From NCBI RefSeq assembly GCF_009914755.1, contig NC_060933.1: a DNA stretch of 64,000 nt. One strand, 5' to 3'. This document shows positions 63,897-64,000 of the stretch, one piece after another. The notes below the pieces were generated by a model that had not been told where the DNA came from, did no database searches, and worked only from the letters and a program-made list of their open reading frames with translations. Each line of letters begins with the position of its first letter. Within the stretch, counting starts at the first letter, position 1. The DNA comes from the human T2T-CHM13v2.0 reference genome, Homo sapiens. A program made the position numbers and the translations under genes.

Positions 63897-64000
63897 TTTT
63901 TTTTTTTTTTTTTTTTTTTGAGACTGGGTGTCAATCTGTCGCCCAGGCTAGAGTGCAGTGGTGCAATCCTGGCTCATTGCAACCTCCACCTCCCAGGCTC
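63897..64000 (-). mobile_element. AluJ 3' end (continues beyond window)
   Basis: Poly-T plus right arm. Confidence 0.88.

Overview
Human (primate) genomic DNA, recognisable as the 9q31.3 CTNNAL1/TMEM245 locus. Both genes are on the minus strand in tandem. The right part holds the last four coding exons and a ~5.3 kb 3'UTR of TMEM245 (distal poly(A) signal at ~36246). About 1.6 kb further on are the CpG-island promoter and exons 1-7 of CTNNAL1 (alpha-catulin). All 11 coding exons have canonical splice sites and consistent reading phases. The rest is mostly retro/DNA-transposon sequence: over 25 Alu copies or fragments, a 5'-truncated L1PA, MaLR LTRs including a two-LTR provirus remnant, L2/L1M/MER fragments, a 5.8S rRNA retropseudogene and a Y3 RNA retropseudogene. 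I see no evidence for a new multi-gene system, and most helper-track ORFs are Alu- or GC-derived noise. The most notable observations are a perfect endogenous TEV protease site (ENLYFQS) in alpha-catulin, one target site duplicated three times by sequential Alu and L1 insertion, an Alu fragment apparently copied locally from its neighbour, a fold-back Alu chimera, and a chimeric 54-bp triplication. Repeat family and subfamily calls come from memory of consensus sequences, and their boundaries are approximate.
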